This document shows positions 8,572-18,450 of a DNA stretch of 64,000 nt, in pieces. The position numbers and the translations under genes were made by a program. The notes under the pieces were generated by a model. It worked only from the letters and a program-made list of their open reading frames with translations, made no database searches and was not told the origin of the DNA. The DNA is taken from positions 11,889 through 75,888 of the forward strand of contig CAWFLL010000003.1 in NCBI GenBank assembly GCA_963816785.1. The letters run 5' to 3'. The stretch comes from an uncultured Solirubrobacterales bacterium. Lineage in GTDB: Bacteria; Actinomycetota; Thermoleophilia; Solirubrobacterales; 70-9. Each line of letters begins with the position of its first letter. Position 1 is the first letter of the stretch.

Positions 8572-9717
8572 ATGAAGAAACTGGTCATCCTCGGCGCCAC
8601 CGGGTCGATCGGAACCCAGGCGCTTCAGATCGTCGCCGCCTCCGACGACCTCCAGGTCGTCGGTCTCGCGGCGCGGTCGAGTTGGCAGCCGCTGCTGGAG
8701 CAGGCCCGCCAGCACGACGTGCCGACGCTCGCCGTGGCCGACGCCGACGCTGCCGGCCGGGCGCGCTCGGCCTGGGACGGCAGGGTGCTCGAGGGAGAGG
8801 AGGGGATCCGAGAGCTGATCTCGCAGTCCGGCGCCGACCTGGTGCTGAACGGGATGGTCGGGGCCGCCGGCCTCGGCCCGACGGTGGTGGCGCTCAGCGA
8901 GGGAATCGACGTCGCGCTGGCAAACAAGGAGAGCCTGGTGATCGGCGGCGAGCTGACGATGGCGCTCGCCGAGGCGACAGGCTCGAGGCTGCTGCCGGTC
9001 GACTCCGAGCACTCGGCGCTGTTCCAGCTGATCTCTGCAGAGCCGCCGGGAACGATCGAGCGGCTCGTCCTGACCGCCTCCGGAGGGCCGTTCCGCGGCC
9101 GCACCGACCTCGCCGAGGTGAGCGTCGAGGACGCCCTCGCGCATCCGACCTGGAGGATGGGGGGGAGGATCACGATCGACTCGGCGACGCTGATGAACAA
9201 GGGGTTCGAGGCGATCGAGGCCCACCTCCTGTTCGGGCTGCCCTACGAGCGGATCGAGATCGTCATCCACCCGCAGTCGATAGTCCACTCGCTCGTCGAC
9301 CTCAATGACGGCGCCTCCCTCGCCCACCTCGGCTACCCCGACATGCGGGTCCCGATCTCCTACGCGCTGCACTACCCCGAGCGCGCCGACGTCGACGTCC
9401 CCAGGCTCGACCTCGCGACGGTCGGCGAGCTCAACTTCGAAGAGCCCGACCTGGAGACGTTCGCCTGCCTGCGGCTGGCGCTGGAGGCGGGCCGGGCCGG
9501 CGGCAGCGCGCCCTGCGTGCTCAACGCCGCCGACGAGGTCGCCGTCCGCGCCTTCCTCGACGGGCGGATCCCGTTCACCGCGATCCCCGCCGCGGTCGAG
9601 GGGGTTCTGTCGGAGATGCCCGCCCAGCCCGTCACCCACTTCGAGGAGCTGTTCGCCATCGACGCGGAGGCGCGCCACCGCACCGAGGAGCGGATCGGGG
9701 GGTTGGCAGCGGTATGA
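8572..9717 (+). CDS. dxr: 1-deoxy-D-xylulose 5-phosphate reductoisomerase
   Basis: ILGATGSIGTQAL, DSEHSALFQ and NKGFEAIEAHLLF blocks. 381 aa. Confidence 0.95.
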   Translation: MKKLVILGATGSIGTQALQIVAASDDLQVVGLAARSSWQPLLEQARQHDVPTLAVADADAAGRARSAWDGRVLEGEEGIRELISQSGADLVLNGMVGAAGLGPTVVALSEGIDVALANKESLVIGGELTMALAEATGSRLLPVDSEHSALFQLISAEPPGTIERLVLTASGGPFRGRTDLAEVSVEDALAHPTWRMGGRITIDSATLMNKGFEAIEAHLLFGLPYERIEIVIHPQSIVHSLVDLNDGASLAHLGYPDMRVPISYALHYPERADVDVPRLDLATVGELNFEEPDLETFACLRLALEAGRAGGSAPCVLNAADEVAVRAFLDGRIPFTAIPAAVEGVLSEMPAQPVTHFEELFAIDAEARHRTEERIGGLAAV

Positions 9718-10802
9718 ACTGGGTCCTGATCCTCCTCGGCTTCTCGGCGCTGATCGTCCTCCACGAGGCCGGGCACTTCTTCGCCGCCAAGGCGACCGGG
9801 ATGCGGGTCGAGCGCTTCTTTCTCTTCTTCCCGCCGAAGCTGGTCTCGGTCAGGAGGGGGGAGACCGAGTACGGGATCGGCGCGATCCCCGCAGGGGGCT
9901 TCGTGAAGATCACCGGGATGAATCCCGATGAGGAGCTGCCGCCGGAGATCGCGGCGCGCGGCTACTACCACCAGCCGGTCTGGAAGCGGATCGTCGTGAT
10001 CGGCGCCGGGCCTGTGGTCAACATCGCGATCGCCTTCGCGATCCTCTTCGCCCTGTACCTCGGTGACAGCCAGGTCACCCAGACCGTCGGCAAGATCGAA
10101 CCGGGCTCCCCGGCCGCCGCGGCGCTGAGGCCCGGGGACGAAATCCTCGCGATCGACGGCAAGCGCTATCCGAAGCTGGAAAAGGAAGACCGCCTGATCC
10201 AGTTCGCCGATGACGTCGCCTCCCACCGTTGCGCCGGCGAGCAGGTCGATGGGTGCAGCGCCGCGACGCCGGTGGTTCTCACGGTGCGCCGTGACGGTCA
10301 GGTGAGGACGATCTCGGTGACGCCGACCTACGACCCTGATGTCGACCGCACCCGAATCGGCTTCTCCTATGGCACCGAACCGAGCAACCTCGGGATCGGG
10401 GGCGCGGCGCGGGAAGCCGTCGATTCCACCTGGTTGGTGGCCAGCAAGACGGTCACGGTCTTCGCCCGGCTGTTCGAAGAGAAGCAGCGGAAGCAGGTCT
10501 CCGGTGTGGTCGGCGTCAGCGACGCTGCCAACGAAGCGATCGACTTCGGAACCCGTGAGGCGCTCACCCTGCTCGCAATCGTCAGCCTCTCGCTCGGCCT
10601 GATCAACCTGTTCCCGTTCCTGCCCCTCGACGGCGGCCACATCTTCTGGAGCCTGGTCGAGAAGGTCCGCGGCCGGCCCGTCCCGTTCCGGGTGATGGAG
10701 CGCGCCGGCGCGATCGGCTTCGTGCTCGTGATCATGCTCTTCTTCATCGGCCTCTCGAACGACATCGGCCGCCTCAGCGGAGACGGCCTCAACGTCCGCT
10801 AG
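9714..10802 (+). CDS. rseP: M50 site-2 (RIP) zinc metalloprotease with PDZ domain
   Basis: HEAGHFFAAK (HExxH) in the first TM helix and NLFPFLPLDGGH near the C-terminus. ATGA overlap with dxr. dxr-rseP-ispG is a conserved arrangement. Confidence 0.9.
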   Translation: MNWVLILLGFSALIVLHEAGHFFAAKATGMRVERFFLFFPPKLVSVRRGETEYGIGAIPAGGFVKITGMNPDEELPPEIAARGYYHQPVWKRIVVIGAGPVVNIAIAFAILFALYLGDSQVTQTVGKIEPGSPAAAALRPGDEILAIDGKRYPKLEKEDRLIQFADDVASHRCAGEQVDGCSAATPVVLTVRRDGQVRTISVTPTYDPDVDRTRIGFSYGTEPSNLGIGGAAREAVDSTWLVASKTVTVFARLFEEKQRKQVSGVVGVSDAANEAIDFGTREALTLLAIVSLSLGLINLFPFLPLDGGHIFWSLVEKVRGRPVPFRVMERAGAIGFVLVIMLFFIGLSNDIGRLSGDGLNVR

Positions 10803-11713
10803 CCGCGTTTTTTCGCGACGACCTTGAACCGGTAGGTCGCCGGGGAGGAGTCGAGGTCCCCCTGATGCTTGGCGCGGACCCGGAATGTGTGGGGGCCGAG
10901 CGCGAGGCGCTTGGTCGTGAACGGGGAGGTGCACTTCTTGTAGGGCTTGCCGTCCAGCTTGCATTGGAAGGTCGCCGAATCCTCGTTGGAGCGGAAGCGG
11001 AAGGTCGGCGTGCGGTCGGTGGTCTTCTTCGCCGGCTTGCCCTTGAGGATGGTGTTCGGCCCGCCTTTGCCGCCCTGGCGGCCGCCCCCGCCCCCGCCGC
11101 CGGATGAGCCGCAGGCGCGCTCGGCCGGCGCGACCGAGTTGGGGCGAGGTTCGGGGAAGACGGCTGAGAAGTCGACGGCGCTGTTGTTGCGGTCGTCGCT
11201 GAGCTCGAGCAGGGTCGCGCAGCCAGGGGCGATCGTGCGGCGCAGGGCCTGCCCGTCGGGGATTCCTCCAGGTGCGGCCGGGGAGCCGGCGTTGGAGGGG
11301 AGGGGACCGGAGAAGCTGCCCCAGGAGACGCAGTCGAGGCTCTCCCAGCAGGCCGCCCCCCCTTCAGGTTTTAGGAGGTTCGCCGCCATGCTGTCGTCAG
11401 GGACGACGCCAAAGCGGGCGGCGGCGGCCGCGGTCGCCATCAGGAAGGTCATCTGGTTCTGGCCGTTTTTGACGTCGGCATCGAAGGGCTCGGTCCCGGT
11501 TTTTTCGCCCGTGGCGTTGTAGAAGGTGACGGTGTGGCCGGCGATGAACTCCTGGCCGGGGGAATAGGCCTGGAACTCGACGTATTCGGCGTCCGCGTTG
11601 GCCGAGTCGCCGGCGAACACCTCGCGGATGCTGACTTCATGGAAGGTGGCCGCCGCCGAGCTCGGGATCAGTGCCGTCGCCGCGACGATGCCAAACAACA
11701 GCCGTAGCCTCAT
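10799..11713 (-). CDS. Secreted protein: LTD-like N-terminal domain plus one C-terminal Ig-like module
   Basis: Start at ATG 11713 inside ORF 10799..12193 (MRLRLLFGIVAATALIPSSAAA signal peptide). HEVSIREVFAG...AEYVEFQ resembles lamin-tail-type domains (tentative). C-terminal module TPTFRFRS..ATFQCKLDGKPYKKC...GPHTFRVRA. The ATG overlaps the stop of the upstream paralogue (ATGA). Confidence 0.7.
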   Translation of the reverse strand: MRLRLLFGIVAATALIPSSAAATFHEVSIREVFAGDSANADAEYVEFQAYSPGQEFIAGHTVTFYNATGEKTGTEPFDADVKNGQNQMTFLMATAAAAARFGVVPDDSMAANLLKPEGGAACWESLDCVSWGSFSGPLPSNAGSPAAPGGIPDGQALRRTIAPGCATLLELSDDRNNSAVDFSAVFPEPRPNSVAPAERACGSSGGGGGGGRQGGKGGPNTILKGKPAKKTTDRTPTFRFRSNEDSATFQCKLDGKPYKKCTSPFTTKRLALGPHTFRVRAKHQGDLDSSPATYRFKVVAKKRG

Positions 11714-13512
11714 TTCTTCTTCTTTTTCTTCGGTTTGAGGACCTTGAAGTTGCTCTTCGCCGGAGTCGGGTCGACGGCGCCCCCGGCGACGGCCCTGACC
11801 TGGAGCGAGTGCGGGCCGAAGGTCAGCGTTTTGGTCGTGAACGGCGAGGAGCAGGATCTTGAAGGCGCCTTTGTCGACTTTGCACGAGTAGCCGGCGCCC
11901 GCGACGCTCGAACGGAAGCGGAAGGTCGGGGTGCGGTCGCGGGTCGTCGCCGCCGGCTTGGAGGTGATGGTCGTGTCCGGAATCTGAGCCGGAGGTGGTG
12001 GAGGCGGCGGGAGCGGCGGCGGAGGCTGGATCGAAGTGGATATTTCCCAGCTGTAGCCGGCGGGGCTGGGATCGACGTTGGCAGACGGGTCGATCGCCCT
12101 GACCTGGAAGGTGTGCGGGCCGCTTCGCCAGCCCCGTAATAGCTCTTGCCCGATGCCAGGCAGCCTTCGAACGCGGCGCCGTCGAGCTTGCATTCGAAGG
12201 TCGAGCCAGGCTCGTTCGATGCGTAGGTGAACGAGGCGTCGCCACTGACGCTCGGGTTGACCGGTTTGGTCAGGATCGTGGTCTCAGGCGGGGTCGTGTC
12301 GGCCAGCGAGTTGTCGACTTCCCAGGTGTAGGTGTCGTCGGCCCCCGGGTTGCCAGCCTTGTCGGTGGCATGGACCTTGAAGGTGTAATTGTCGTCAGGG
12401 AGGCCGTGTAGGTTTTCCCCGCGGACGAGCAGATTGCTGAAGCTGTCGGCTGCCGCCCCTTTCGCAAGGCTGCACTGGAAGCTTGTGGTTGGTGTCCCGG
12501 TCAGGGCCTCATCGGCGCTGTATGTGAAGCTTGCGCTCGCGCCGGTGCTCGGGTTGGCCGGCTGGTTGTTAATGGTGATCGTCGGCGCGACTCTGTCGAC
12601 GTTCCAAACGTATTCCGCGGGCGTCGGATCGGTGCCGGTGGCGTTGGTTGCTCTGACCAGGAAGGTGTGGCTGGTCCCGGTCACGGTGTTGTCGCCGTCG
12701 AGCGGGCCGGTGTAGTTTTTGGGCGAGGTGCAGGAAGCGTAGGGGTCGCTGTCGAGTTTGCATTCGAAGGTGGCGCCGGCCGAGGGATTCGCTGAGAACG
12801 TGAAGCTTGCGCTCTGTTCCATGGTCGGTTTCGCTGGTCCGGTGTTGATCGTCGTCTGCGGCGCGACGCAGTTGGTCTCGACGATCGTCGAAGAGTTCGC
12901 GCGGGGGTTCGGCGTCTGCAGCGAAAAGTCGGCGGAACTCTGGTTCGTGTCGTCGCTGGATTCGAGTAGCGTCGAGCAACCCGCGGCGATGCTGCGACGA
13001 AGGGCCTGGCCACCGCTCATCGCAACGGCTGGAGTGCCGGCCGGGCTGGCATGGGCGACCCGCAGAAGTTCCCCCAGGAAACGCAGTCCCAGGTCCTCCC
13101 AGCAGACAGCTCCGCCTGCGGGATCGAGATTCAGGGTGGACATGGTCAGGTTCGGTGCCGGCCCGCTGGGAAAGCCAGTCGCGTAGCTGGTGTCGGCGAT
13201 CAGGATCGTCATCTGGTTCGCCGAGTTGCCGACGTTCCCGGCGAAGGCCTGGCTGCCGAGCTGACCGGTGTTGGTCGGCCCGTAGGCGGTCAGCGAGTGG
13301 CCGTTCGACTGCGTTCTGGTCGGCCAGCCATGCCTGTAGGACCACATAGCTGTCGTTGCTGGCGCCCCCGGCGTAGACCTCGCGAACGACCACGTCGTGG
13401 AAGGTTGCGGCGGGCGGATTGGGCCGCGATCAAAACCGCCACAAGCGAGATCAAAAGCGCCAGCCCGAACCTGCCCGCGTTTCCCCAGACCTGGCTCCCT
13501 CCCGTATGCCAT
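11710..13512 (-). pseudogene. Paralogue of the LTD/Ig-repeat secreted protein with about four Ig-like modules, disrupted by multiple frameshifts
   Basis: Homologous sequence is spread over three frames (ORFs 11710..13524, 12569..13393 and the N-terminus of 10799..12193). Signal peptide RFGLALLISLVAVLIAAQSA, then AATFHDVVVREVYAGG in another frame. Repeated FTF/FxCxLD...HTFxVRA modules. Ends KPKKKKKK*. Confidence 0.65.
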
Positions 13513-13610
13513 GGGCCGGCACACCCATCTGCTTCAGGATACGGCCGTCGGCGGGCAAGGTTCAAACCGCCCAGCCGCGACCGCGGACGCGCCTGGATAC
13601 CCTTCGCTGT

Positions 13611-14864
13611 ATGGCATCGAAGCGCCAGATCTTCGTCGGCGGCGTGCCGATCGGCGGCGGGGCGCCGGTCGCCGTCCAGACGATGACGAAGACGGAGACG
13701 GCGAACCTCGCGGCGACGATGGAGCAGATCCGCAAGGTCGCCGACGCAGGGGCTGATCTCGTCCGGGTCGCGGTGCCTCGCGACGAGGACGCGGCCGCGC
13801 TGCGGACGATCGTCGCCGAGTCGCCGATCCCGGTGATCGCCGACATCCACTTCAACCACACCCTGGCGCTGAAGGCGATCGACGCCGGCGCCCACTGCAT
13901 CCGCCTCAACCCCGGCAACATCGGCGGGCGCGAGAAAGTCGCCGAGGTCGCCGAGAGAGCGACCGCGGCCGAGGTGCCGATGCGGATCGGCGTCAACTCC
14001 GGCTCGCTGCCGAAACACCTGCATCAGCTCGAGCGGGAGAGCCCCGTCGAGGCTCTGGTCGCCGCCGCGATTGAGTTCGTCGAGCTGATGGAGGGTCTCG
14101 ACTTCACGAACTTCAAGGTCTCGATCAAGTCGACCAACGTCCCCAACACGATCGCCGCCAACCGCCTGCTCTCCGAGAAGATCGGCTATCCGCTCCACCT
14201 CGGCATCACCGAGGCGGGGACGAAATGGTCGGGCTCGCTGAAATCCTCGGTCGGGCTCGGCACCCTGCTCGCCGACGGGATCGGCGACACGATCCGGATC
14301 AGCCTCTCGACCTTCCATGCCGAGGAGGAGGTCAAGGTCGCCTGGGAGATCCTCAAGGCGCTGCAGCTGCGCGAGCGCGGCCCCGTCCTGATCGCCTGCC
14401 CGACCTGCGGCCGGCTCCAGTTCGACATGGACTCGGTCGTCGCCGAGATCGAGCAGCGCCTGGAGGCCTATGCGGAGCCGATCGAGGTCGCCGTCCTCGG
14501 CTGCGCGGTGAACGGGATCGGCGAGGCCAGCCACGCCGACTTCGGGATCGCCGGCGCCAAGAACGAGGGCCTGATCTACGCCCACGGCAAGCCCCTGCGG
14601 AAGGTCCCGCAGGCGGAGCTGGTCGACACCCTCTTCAAGGAGATCGACAAGTCGCTGGACCGCGGCAAGGTCGAGTTCGACGAGGCGGAATCGCGCGAGG
14701 GGGCGGAGTGGCTGGCGAAGATCGAGGAGGAAAATGCCGGCGACCTCACCCCCGAGAGGATCGCCCGGATGGAGCATGAGGCGGCCGAGCGGGGCGAGTC
14801 CGACCGGGTGCTGCTCGACGAGGACGCGTCTCCGACGTCCGGGCGCCGCTTCAGCCGCGCCTGA
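13611..14864 (+). CDS. ispG: 4-hydroxy-3-methylbut-2-enyl diphosphate synthase
   Basis: Start at ATG 13611 (MASKRQIFVGGVPIGGGAPVAVQTMTKT) within ORF 13419..14864. RVAVP, IRLNPGNIG and ACPTCGR (Fe-S Cys) blocks. Confidence 0.95.
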   Translation: MASKRQIFVGGVPIGGGAPVAVQTMTKTETANLAATMEQIRKVADAGADLVRVAVPRDEDAAALRTIVAESPIPVIADIHFNHTLALKAIDAGAHCIRLNPGNIGGREKVAEVAERATAAEVPMRIGVNSGSLPKHLHQLERESPVEALVAAAIEFVELMEGLDFTNFKVSIKSTNVPNTIAANRLLSEKIGYPLHLGITEAGTKWSGSLKSSVGLGTLLADGIGDTIRISLSTFHAEEEVKVAWEILKALQLRERGPVLIACPTCGRLQFDMDSVVAEIEQRLEAYAEPIEVAVLGCAVNGIGEASHADFGIAGAKNEGLIYAHGKPLRKVPQAELVDTLFKEIDKSLDRGKVEFDEAESREGAEWLAKIEEENAGDLTPERIARMEHEAAERGESDRVLLDEDASPTSGRRFSRA

Positions 14865-14921
14865 GCGGCCCGGGGCCGCGACTGTGGGATAGTCCTCCTG
14901 AAGCGATCGAGGAGGAGACAG

Positions 14922-16742
14922 ATGGCGGTTGAGACGACCAGCCCGAGCGAGTCGAGGCCAAAGGCGCTCGACGCGGCGACGATGGCGGAGGCATTCCAGC
15001 TGACCGCCGCCGAGCACGCCGGCCGCACCGCGATCCGCACCAAGGAAGACGAGTTCAGCATCACCTGGAGCGGCTACGCGGAACGGGTTCGCGACATCGC
15101 CGCCGGCCTCGCCGCGGTCGGCATCGAGCGCGGCGACACGGTCGGGATCATGCTCACCAACCGCCCCGAGTTCCACTTCGTCGACACCGCCGCGATCCAC
15201 CTCGGCGCCACCCCGTACTCGATCTACAACACCTCCACCCCGGAGCAGATCGGCTACCTGCTGGAGGACGCCGCCAACCGGGTCCTGGTCACCGAGGAGG
15301 CCTTCCTCGACACGGTGCTCGCCGCGCGGGATGGCGCCTCGGCCGCGCTGGAGCTGATCGTCGTCGTCGACGGCGAGGGTCGCGACGGCGTGATCTCGCT
15401 CGCCGAGCTGGAGGGGCGCGGTGCCGAGGACTTTGACTTCGACGCCATTTGGAGGGCGGTCGAGCCCGACGACCTGCTGACCCTGATCTACACCTCGGGG
15501 ACGACCGGCCCTCCGAAGGGCGTCCAGCTCACCCACGGCAACCTGTTGGCCGCGCTCAGATCCTACGACCAGGTGTTCCGGCTCTCCGGCGAGGGACGCT
15601 TGATCTCCTGGCTGCCGATGGCCCATGTCGCCGAGCGGAACTGCACCCACTACGGCCCGATGATCTATGGCCAGACGACGACCTGCTGCCCAGACCCAAG
15701 GCAGGTGGCCGCCTACCTGGCCGAAGTCAGGCCAACGTGGTTCTTCGCGGTGCCGCGGATCTGGGAGAAGCTGAAGGCGGCGATGGAGATCGGGTTCGCG
15801 GCGGAGCCGGACGACAAGCGGAAGGAGGCCATAGTCTGGGCCCTCGAAGTCGGCATGCGCAAGGTCCGGGCTGAGCAGGCGGGCAAAGAGGTGCCGGCTA
15901 AACTCGCCGATGAACACGCAAAGGCCGACGAGCTCGTCCTCTCGAAAATGCGCGAGCGGATCGGCTTCGACCAGCTGGAGGCGGTGAACGTCGGCGCCGC
16001 CCCAACCCCGCGCCAGGTGATCGAGTTCTTCCACGCGCTCGGCGTTCCGCTGGCCGAGCTGTGGGGGTTGTCGGAGACCTGCGCCGCCGGGACCGTCAAT
16101 CCACCCCACCGGGTGAAGATCGGGACCTGCGGCCCGGCCGCGCCGGGGATCGAGCTGAGGCTCGCCGACGACGGTGAGGTCCTGGTCCGCGGCGCCACCG
16201 TGATGGCGGGATACCGCAACGACCCGGAGAAGACCGCCGAGGCGATCGACTCCGAGGGCTGGCTGCACACCGGCGACGTCGGCGAGCTCGACGACGACGG
16301 TTACCTGACGATCGTCGACCGCAAGAAGGAGCTGATCATCAACTCGGCCGGCAAGAACATGTCACCGGCCAACATCGAGGCCGCGATCAAGTCGGCCAGC
16401 GCGCTGATCGGCCAGGTCTGCGCGGTCGGGGACGACCGTCCCTACAACGTTGCGCTGATCGTGCTCGACCCCGACGCGGCGCCTGTCTTCGCGCAGCAGG
16501 AGGGGATCGAGGACACCTCGATCGAGTCCCTCGCGACTGAGCCCGCGGTGCTGGAGGAGGTCGCGGCGGGCGTCGAGGGCGGCAACGCCGACCTCGCCCG
16601 CGTCGAGCAGGTGAAGCGGTTCAAGCTGCTGCCGGCGGACTGGCATCCCGGCGGCGACGAGATGACCCCGACGATGAAGCTGAAACGACGTCCGATCGAA
16701 CGGAAGTACGCCGCCGAGATCGACGAGCTGTACGCCGAGTAA
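14922..16742 (+). CDS. Long-chain fatty-acid--CoA ligase (AMP-dependent synthetase family)
   Basis: AMP-binding motif LIYTSGTTGPPKGV and GWLHTGDVGELDDDGYLTIVDRKKELI. GAGGAGGAG RBS before the ATG. Confidence 0.85.
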   Translation: MAVETTSPSESRPKALDAATMAEAFQLTAAEHAGRTAIRTKEDEFSITWSGYAERVRDIAAGLAAVGIERGDTVGIMLTNRPEFHFVDTAAIHLGATPYSIYNTSTPEQIGYLLEDAANRVLVTEEAFLDTVLAARDGASAALELIVVVDGEGRDGVISLAELEGRGAEDFDFDAIWRAVEPDDLLTLIYTSGTTGPPKGVQLTHGNLLAALRSYDQVFRLSGEGRLISWLPMAHVAERNCTHYGPMIYGQTTTCCPDPRQVAAYLAEVRPTWFFAVPRIWEKLKAAMEIGFAAEPDDKRKEAIVWALEVGMRKVRAEQAGKEVPAKLADEHAKADELVLSKMRERIGFDQLEAVNVGAAPTPRQVIEFFHALGVPLAELWGLSETCAAGTVNPPHRVKIGTCGPAAPGIELRLADDGEVLVRGATVMAGYRNDPEKTAEAIDSEGWLHTGDVGELDDDGYLTIVDRKKELIINSAGKNMSPANIEAAIKSASALIGQVCAVGDDRPYNVALIVLDPDAAPVFAQQEGIEDTSIESLATEPAVLEEVAAGVEGGNADLARVEQVKRFKLLPADWHPGGDEMTPTMKLKRRPIERKYAAEIDELYAE

Positions 16743-16767
16743 GCCCGGCGGGGATAGGTTTCCCCGC

Positions 16768-18450
16768 GTGACGAGGTTCAGTCAGACATTCCTTCCCACC
16801 CTGAGGGAGGCGCCGGCCGATGCCGAGGCCACCTCGCACAAGCTGATGGTTCGGGCGGGACTGATCCGGCAGCTCGGGGCCGGGCTGTGGACCTACCTGC
16901 CGGCCGGGTGGCGGTCGGTGCGGAAGGTCGAGCAGGTGCTGCGCGAGGAGATGGAGGCGATCGGCGCCCAGGAGATGCTGATGCCGGTCCTGCAGCCGGC
17001 CCAGCCGTGGGAGGAAACGGGTCGATACGGGATCGATGAGCTGTTCAAGCTCGAGGACCGCAAGGGCGCCCCGATGGTCCTCGCGATGACCCACGAGGAG
17101 TGCCTGACCTACCACGTCGCCCGCGAGGTCCGCTCCTACCGGGACCTGCCGCTGATGCTGTTCCACATCCAGACCAAGGAGCGCGACGAGCCGCGGCCCA
17201 GGGCCGGGGTGCTCCGGACCCGCGAGTTCACGATGAAGGACGCTTACTCCTTCGACCGCGACGAGGAGGGGCTCGACCACTCCTACGGGCTGCAGAGCGA
17301 AGCCTACGGGCGGATCTTCGATCGCTGCGGCCTGCGCTGGTACCGGGTCGAGTCCGACGTCGGGATGATGGGCGGCTCGGGGGCCCACGAGTACATGGCC
17401 CCCTGCCCCGCGGGCGAGAACGAGGTCGCGCTCGCACCGGGATATGCGGCCAACGTGGAGATCGCCTCGGCCGAGCCGCAGCCGGTCGAGCTGCCGGCCC
17501 CGCTGGCCTCCCCCGAGGAGGTCGCGACCCCGGGGTTGACGACGGTCGAGGAGGTGTCGGGCGCGCTCGCGGTTGCGCCGGGGGCGCTGATCAAGGCGAT
17601 GCCGGTGATCGTCGAGGGGCGGGGAATGGCCCTGGTCCTCCTCCGCGGCGACCATCGGCTCAACGAGATCAAGCTCCGCAACGCGCTCGGGGCCGAGTTC
17701 CGGCTCGCGGGCGCGGATGAGATCGAGGCCGAGCTCGGGCCGGTCGGGTTCATCGGCCCGGTCGGGGCGGGCATCCCGATCATCAAGGACACGGCGATCG
17801 GGCCGGGCCCCCACGTCACAGGAACCAACCGGGCCGACGCCCACCTGCGCGGAGTGGAGCCGGGTCGGGACTTCGAGTTCGAGGAGATGGACGTGCGCGC
17901 CGTCGAGGCCGGCGATATCGCTCCCGGCGGAGGGACGATCGAGATCGAGACGGCGATCGAGGTCGGCAACATCTTCAAGCTCGGGACCCGCTACTCGGTT
18001 CCGCTCGGAGCCTCCTACCTGGACGAGAACGGCAGCGAGCGCCCGGTCGTGATGGGCAGCTACGGAATCGGCCCGGCCCGGATCGTCGCCGCCGCGATCG
18101 AGCAGGGCGCCGACGATCGGGGGATCGTCTGGCCGCAGCCGATCGCGCCCTGGCGCGTCCACCTCGTCTCGCTCGGGAAGGCCGGCCAGCCTGAGCGCGA
18201 GGCAGCCGACCGCCTCTACGACGAGCTACGGGGACAGCTCGGCGGCGAGGTTCTCTATGACGACCGTGACGCCGGGCCCGGGGAGAAGCTGACCGACGCC
18301 GAGCTGCTCGGCTGCCCGGTGCGGCTGCTCGTCGGCCGCCGTGGGTTGGCCGAGGGCGTGATCGAGGCCAGCACGCGCAGCGACGGCGCCGAGCACAAGC
18401 TCCCGCTCGAGGATGCCGTCGAGCGGACGCTGGCCCTCCTCGATGGCTGA
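16768..18450 (+). CDS. proS: Prolyl-tRNA synthetase (bacterial type with editing insertion)
   Basis: Class II motifs REFTMKDAYSF and GSYGIGPARIVAA. 560 aa. Confidence 0.95.
   Translation: MTRFSQTFLPTLREAPADAEATSHKLMVRAGLIRQLGAGLWTYLPAGWRSVRKVEQVLREEMEAIGAQEMLMPVLQPAQPWEETGRYGIDELFKLEDRKGAPMVLAMTHEECLTYHVAREVRSYRDLPLMLFHIQTKERDEPRPRAGVLRTREFTMKDAYSFDRDEEGLDHSYGLQSEAYGRIFDRCGLRWYRVESDVGMMGGSGAHEYMAPCPAGENEVALAPGYAANVEIASAEPQPVELPAPLASPEEVATPGLTTVEEVSGALAVAPGALIKAMPVIVEGRGMALVLLRGDHRLNEIKLRNALGAEFRLAGADEIEAELGPVGFIGPVGAGIPIIKDTAIGPGPHVTGTNRADAHLRGVEPGRDFEFEEMDVRAVEAGDIAPGGGTIEIETAIEVGNIFKLGTRYSVPLGASYLDENGSERPVVMGSYGIGPARIVAAAIEQGADDRGIVWPQPIAPWRVHLVSLGKAGQPEREAADRLYDELRGQLGGEVLYDDRDAGPGEKLTDAELLGCPVRLLVGRRGLAEGVIEASTRSDGAEHKLPLEDAVERTLALLDG

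Noticed and set aside
6413-10964. Chain of long minus-strand ORFs (6413..7624, 7393..8550, 8554..9678, 9372..10964)
   Set aside because: All lie antisense to frr, uppS, cdsA, dxr and rseP, which carry diagnostic motifs. Their composition is low-complexity (R, G, P, D, E).
13525-13610. T-loop-like GGTTCAAACC within a GGCGG...CCGCC hairpin upstream of ispG
   Set aside because: It is an isolated hairpin with no acceptor or anticodon arms. It is not related to the repeat family.
13290-16268. 992-aa minus-strand ORF spanning ispG and the acyl-CoA ligase gene
   Set aside because: It lies antisense to two genes with clear family motifs. Its translation is Arg/Gly/Asp/Pro-rich with no recognisable domain, as expected for stop-free antisense frames in roughly 70% GC DNA. 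Only its extreme 3' part overlaps real coding sequence (the signal peptide of the LTD pseudogene).
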